Below, in pieces: positions 62,587-64,000 of a stretch of DNA of 64,000 nucleotides. The translations under genes and the position numbers were made by a program. Below the pieces are notes generated by a model. It was not told the origin of the DNA and ran no database searches. It saw only the letters and a list, made by a program, of their open reading frames with translations. The number at the start of each line of letters is the position of its first letter. The stretch's first letter is position 1. The DNA lies in assembly GCA_963666365.2 (NCBI GenBank), contig CAXXNF010000002.1:2144001-2208000 (forward strand). Reading direction: 5' to 3'. The DNA comes from Syntrophales bacterium (lineage in GTDB: Bacteria; Desulfobacterota; Syntrophia; Syntrophales; UBA2210).

Positions 62587-63740
62587 TTCAAAAGCACCGG
62601 CTGGTAGCGTTCGGCCTCCCCCTCGATGACTTTGCGAAAATGGCCGGCCTGATAGATGATCACATCGCCATAGGTCAGGCGTCGCTCGGCGGGGGGATAA
62701 TAGAATGCCGTGGTCAATTTTTTCTCAAAGGCATCGATCACGCGTTTGAAGGCCTCGGGACGAAGCTTTACGGGATATTTTCCCGACGATACCGCGGCGG
62801 CGCCAAGACCGTCGTCCATGCGCTGTTCCGGAAGATCGAACATCTCCACCTCGCCTTCTCCGCCCGATATGAGCCCAATGGGATCTTTTGTGACATCAGG
62901 CATTTCCTCGTCCTCAGGTGACTCTTCCTGCCCTGACTGGGGCGCTTCGACAATGAAATCGTCTCTCTGAAGAATCTTCAGGTTGAAAAGCGAGAGTGTC
63001 AGCGTTTCTGCAATAATGGAGCGGAACTCTTCCATCAGGTCCAGCACGAGCGAATAGCGGCCGTAGTCGATGGTGTGGAGGAACCCGGGATAGGGATCGA
63101 GACCGGCGATGCGGACCGCCGTGTAGACGCGGTTCATCAGAAAGGTGTAGAGCAGCGAGAGAACCGAATTCACGGGATCCGTAGGGGGCCGGCGGACACG
63201 CTTCGAAAAGCCCATATCCTCAAGAAATCCCAATGCAAAGGCCTCAAAGAACAGCGCTGTCCCCCTCCCCTCGTAGCCGCGAATACTTTCAACGCTTTCG
63301 GCGCCTTTTGCCGGTTCGATCAGATCAAGTATCCTGCGGGCCTTCTCAGCGGGCAACTTCACCTGTCTGCTTCGCTTGATCCGCATGAGCAGCGTGGCCA
63401 TGTTGGAAAGCTTGCCTGTCACGATGGCGCGGCAGACGCGAAGGGTAAATTCGGAATCATCGATGCACCGGAACTGGTGTTTTCGAAGGAAGACGTTTTT
63501 GGCCTCCTGTGCAGCGATGCGCCCGAGATAGCGGCCGCTGTAGGTAAGGAATACCACGTCGATGCCGCGGCGAAGAAGCTGCACGAAGGCCTGATGGGTA
63601 ATGTCCACATTGCCGAAGATGACAATCTGGCTCAGTTTGTAGGTAAAAAGGGTGTGATGGACGGCATCATTCTTTTTGACGAGAAGATGCCGCCCCTCTT
63701 TCACGATCTTCGATCCCTGGGTTTTGATGTATACAACCAT
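62583..63740 (-). CDS. cas1: CRISPR-associated Cas1 with acidic insertion
   Basis: RGYEG, RRPPTDPVNSVLS, GFLH, SLVLDLMEEFR; start MVVYIKTQG. Confidence 0.97.
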   Translation of the reverse strand: MVVYIKTQGSKIVKEGRHLLVKKNDAVHHTLFTYKLSQIVIFGNVDITHQAFVQLLRRGIDVVFLTYSGRYLGRIAAQEAKNVFLRKHQFRCIDDSEFTLRVCRAIVTGKLSNMATLLMRIKRSRQVKLPAEKARRILDLIEPAKGAESVESIRGYEGRGTALFFEAFALGFLEDMGFSKRVRRPPTDPVNSVLSLLYTFLMNRVYTAVRIAGLDPYPGFLHTIDYGRYSLVLDLMEEFRSIIAETLTLSLFNLKILQRDDFIVEAPQSGQEESPEDEEMPDVTKDPIGLISGGEGEVEMFDLPEQRMDDGLGAAAVSSGKYPVKLRPEAFKRVIDAFEKKLTTAFYYPPAERRLTYGDVIIYQAGHFRKVIEGEAERYQPVLLK

Positions 63741-63846
63741 CGGCTGTCTCCTTTTTGCCGCCAGTATAGGAGACAGGCATCGCAAAGGGCAAATGTTGCA
63801 ACGTTGCAGTATGCTATTCAGTTGTCAAAGAACGGCACAGTATTCC

Positions 63847-64000
63847 CTATAATGTGGGAAAATCGAAAAATTCTTTCATTTGGACAAATTCAGTCACGGT
63901 CTCCAGGATGCCCTGGGCGGCACGCTCCCCCACCGGCCGGATGCCGTGGGCCAGAATTGATTGATTGCGATTGCTCTGAATATCCTTAATCCTTTTTTCG
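63847..64000 (-). CDS. C-terminus of a CRISPR-associated CARF-HEPN RNase (Csm6/TIGR02710-like), partial
   Basis: Own translation: ...KDIQSNRNQSILAHGIRPVGE...FDFPTL*; RNxSILAHG HEPN motif. Confidence 0.75.
   Translation of the reverse strand, partial: EKRIKDIQSNRNQSILAHGIRPVGERAAQGILETVTEFVQMKEFFDFPTL

Overview
The window looks like a Desulfobacterota (Syntrophales-like) chromosome; the taxon is inferred from gene content and style. (1) 1-9741 is core genome: uvrA (partial), a SurA-like PPIase, mfd, nadA, moeA and tRNA-Sec (selC). (2) From the 3' end of selC to about 57.3 kb is a large mosaic genomic island. It opens with a tyrosine integrase and excisionase, two Zn-finger regulators, a DUF3102-like gene, a TGT/DpdA-like gene and three YbjN-like paralogs separated by a recurring palindrome/minigene/hairpin unit. 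A P4-type primase-helicase, an AT-rich ori and a decayed iteron replicon follow. Further cargo includes a PI-PLC lipoprotein, IS200, IS110 (with a recognisable bridge-RNA-like 3' region), IS1634 and IS66. An integrase-less integron fragment carries a HEPN cassette and a second cassette that appears to be an IS91-like element. An AT-rich block (EVE-like, UDG-like, PD-(D/E)XK, lectin fibre) precedes an ssb/SWIM-Rad52-like/Cas4-like nuclease/UvrD/DUF932 module. (3) 57477-64000 holds a 58-repeat CRISPR array, leader, two cas2 genes, a cas1 with an acidic insertion and the tail of a CARF-HEPN gene (type III context). No attR, conjugation or capsid genes were seen. All family calls come from motif recognition by eye, not database searches.
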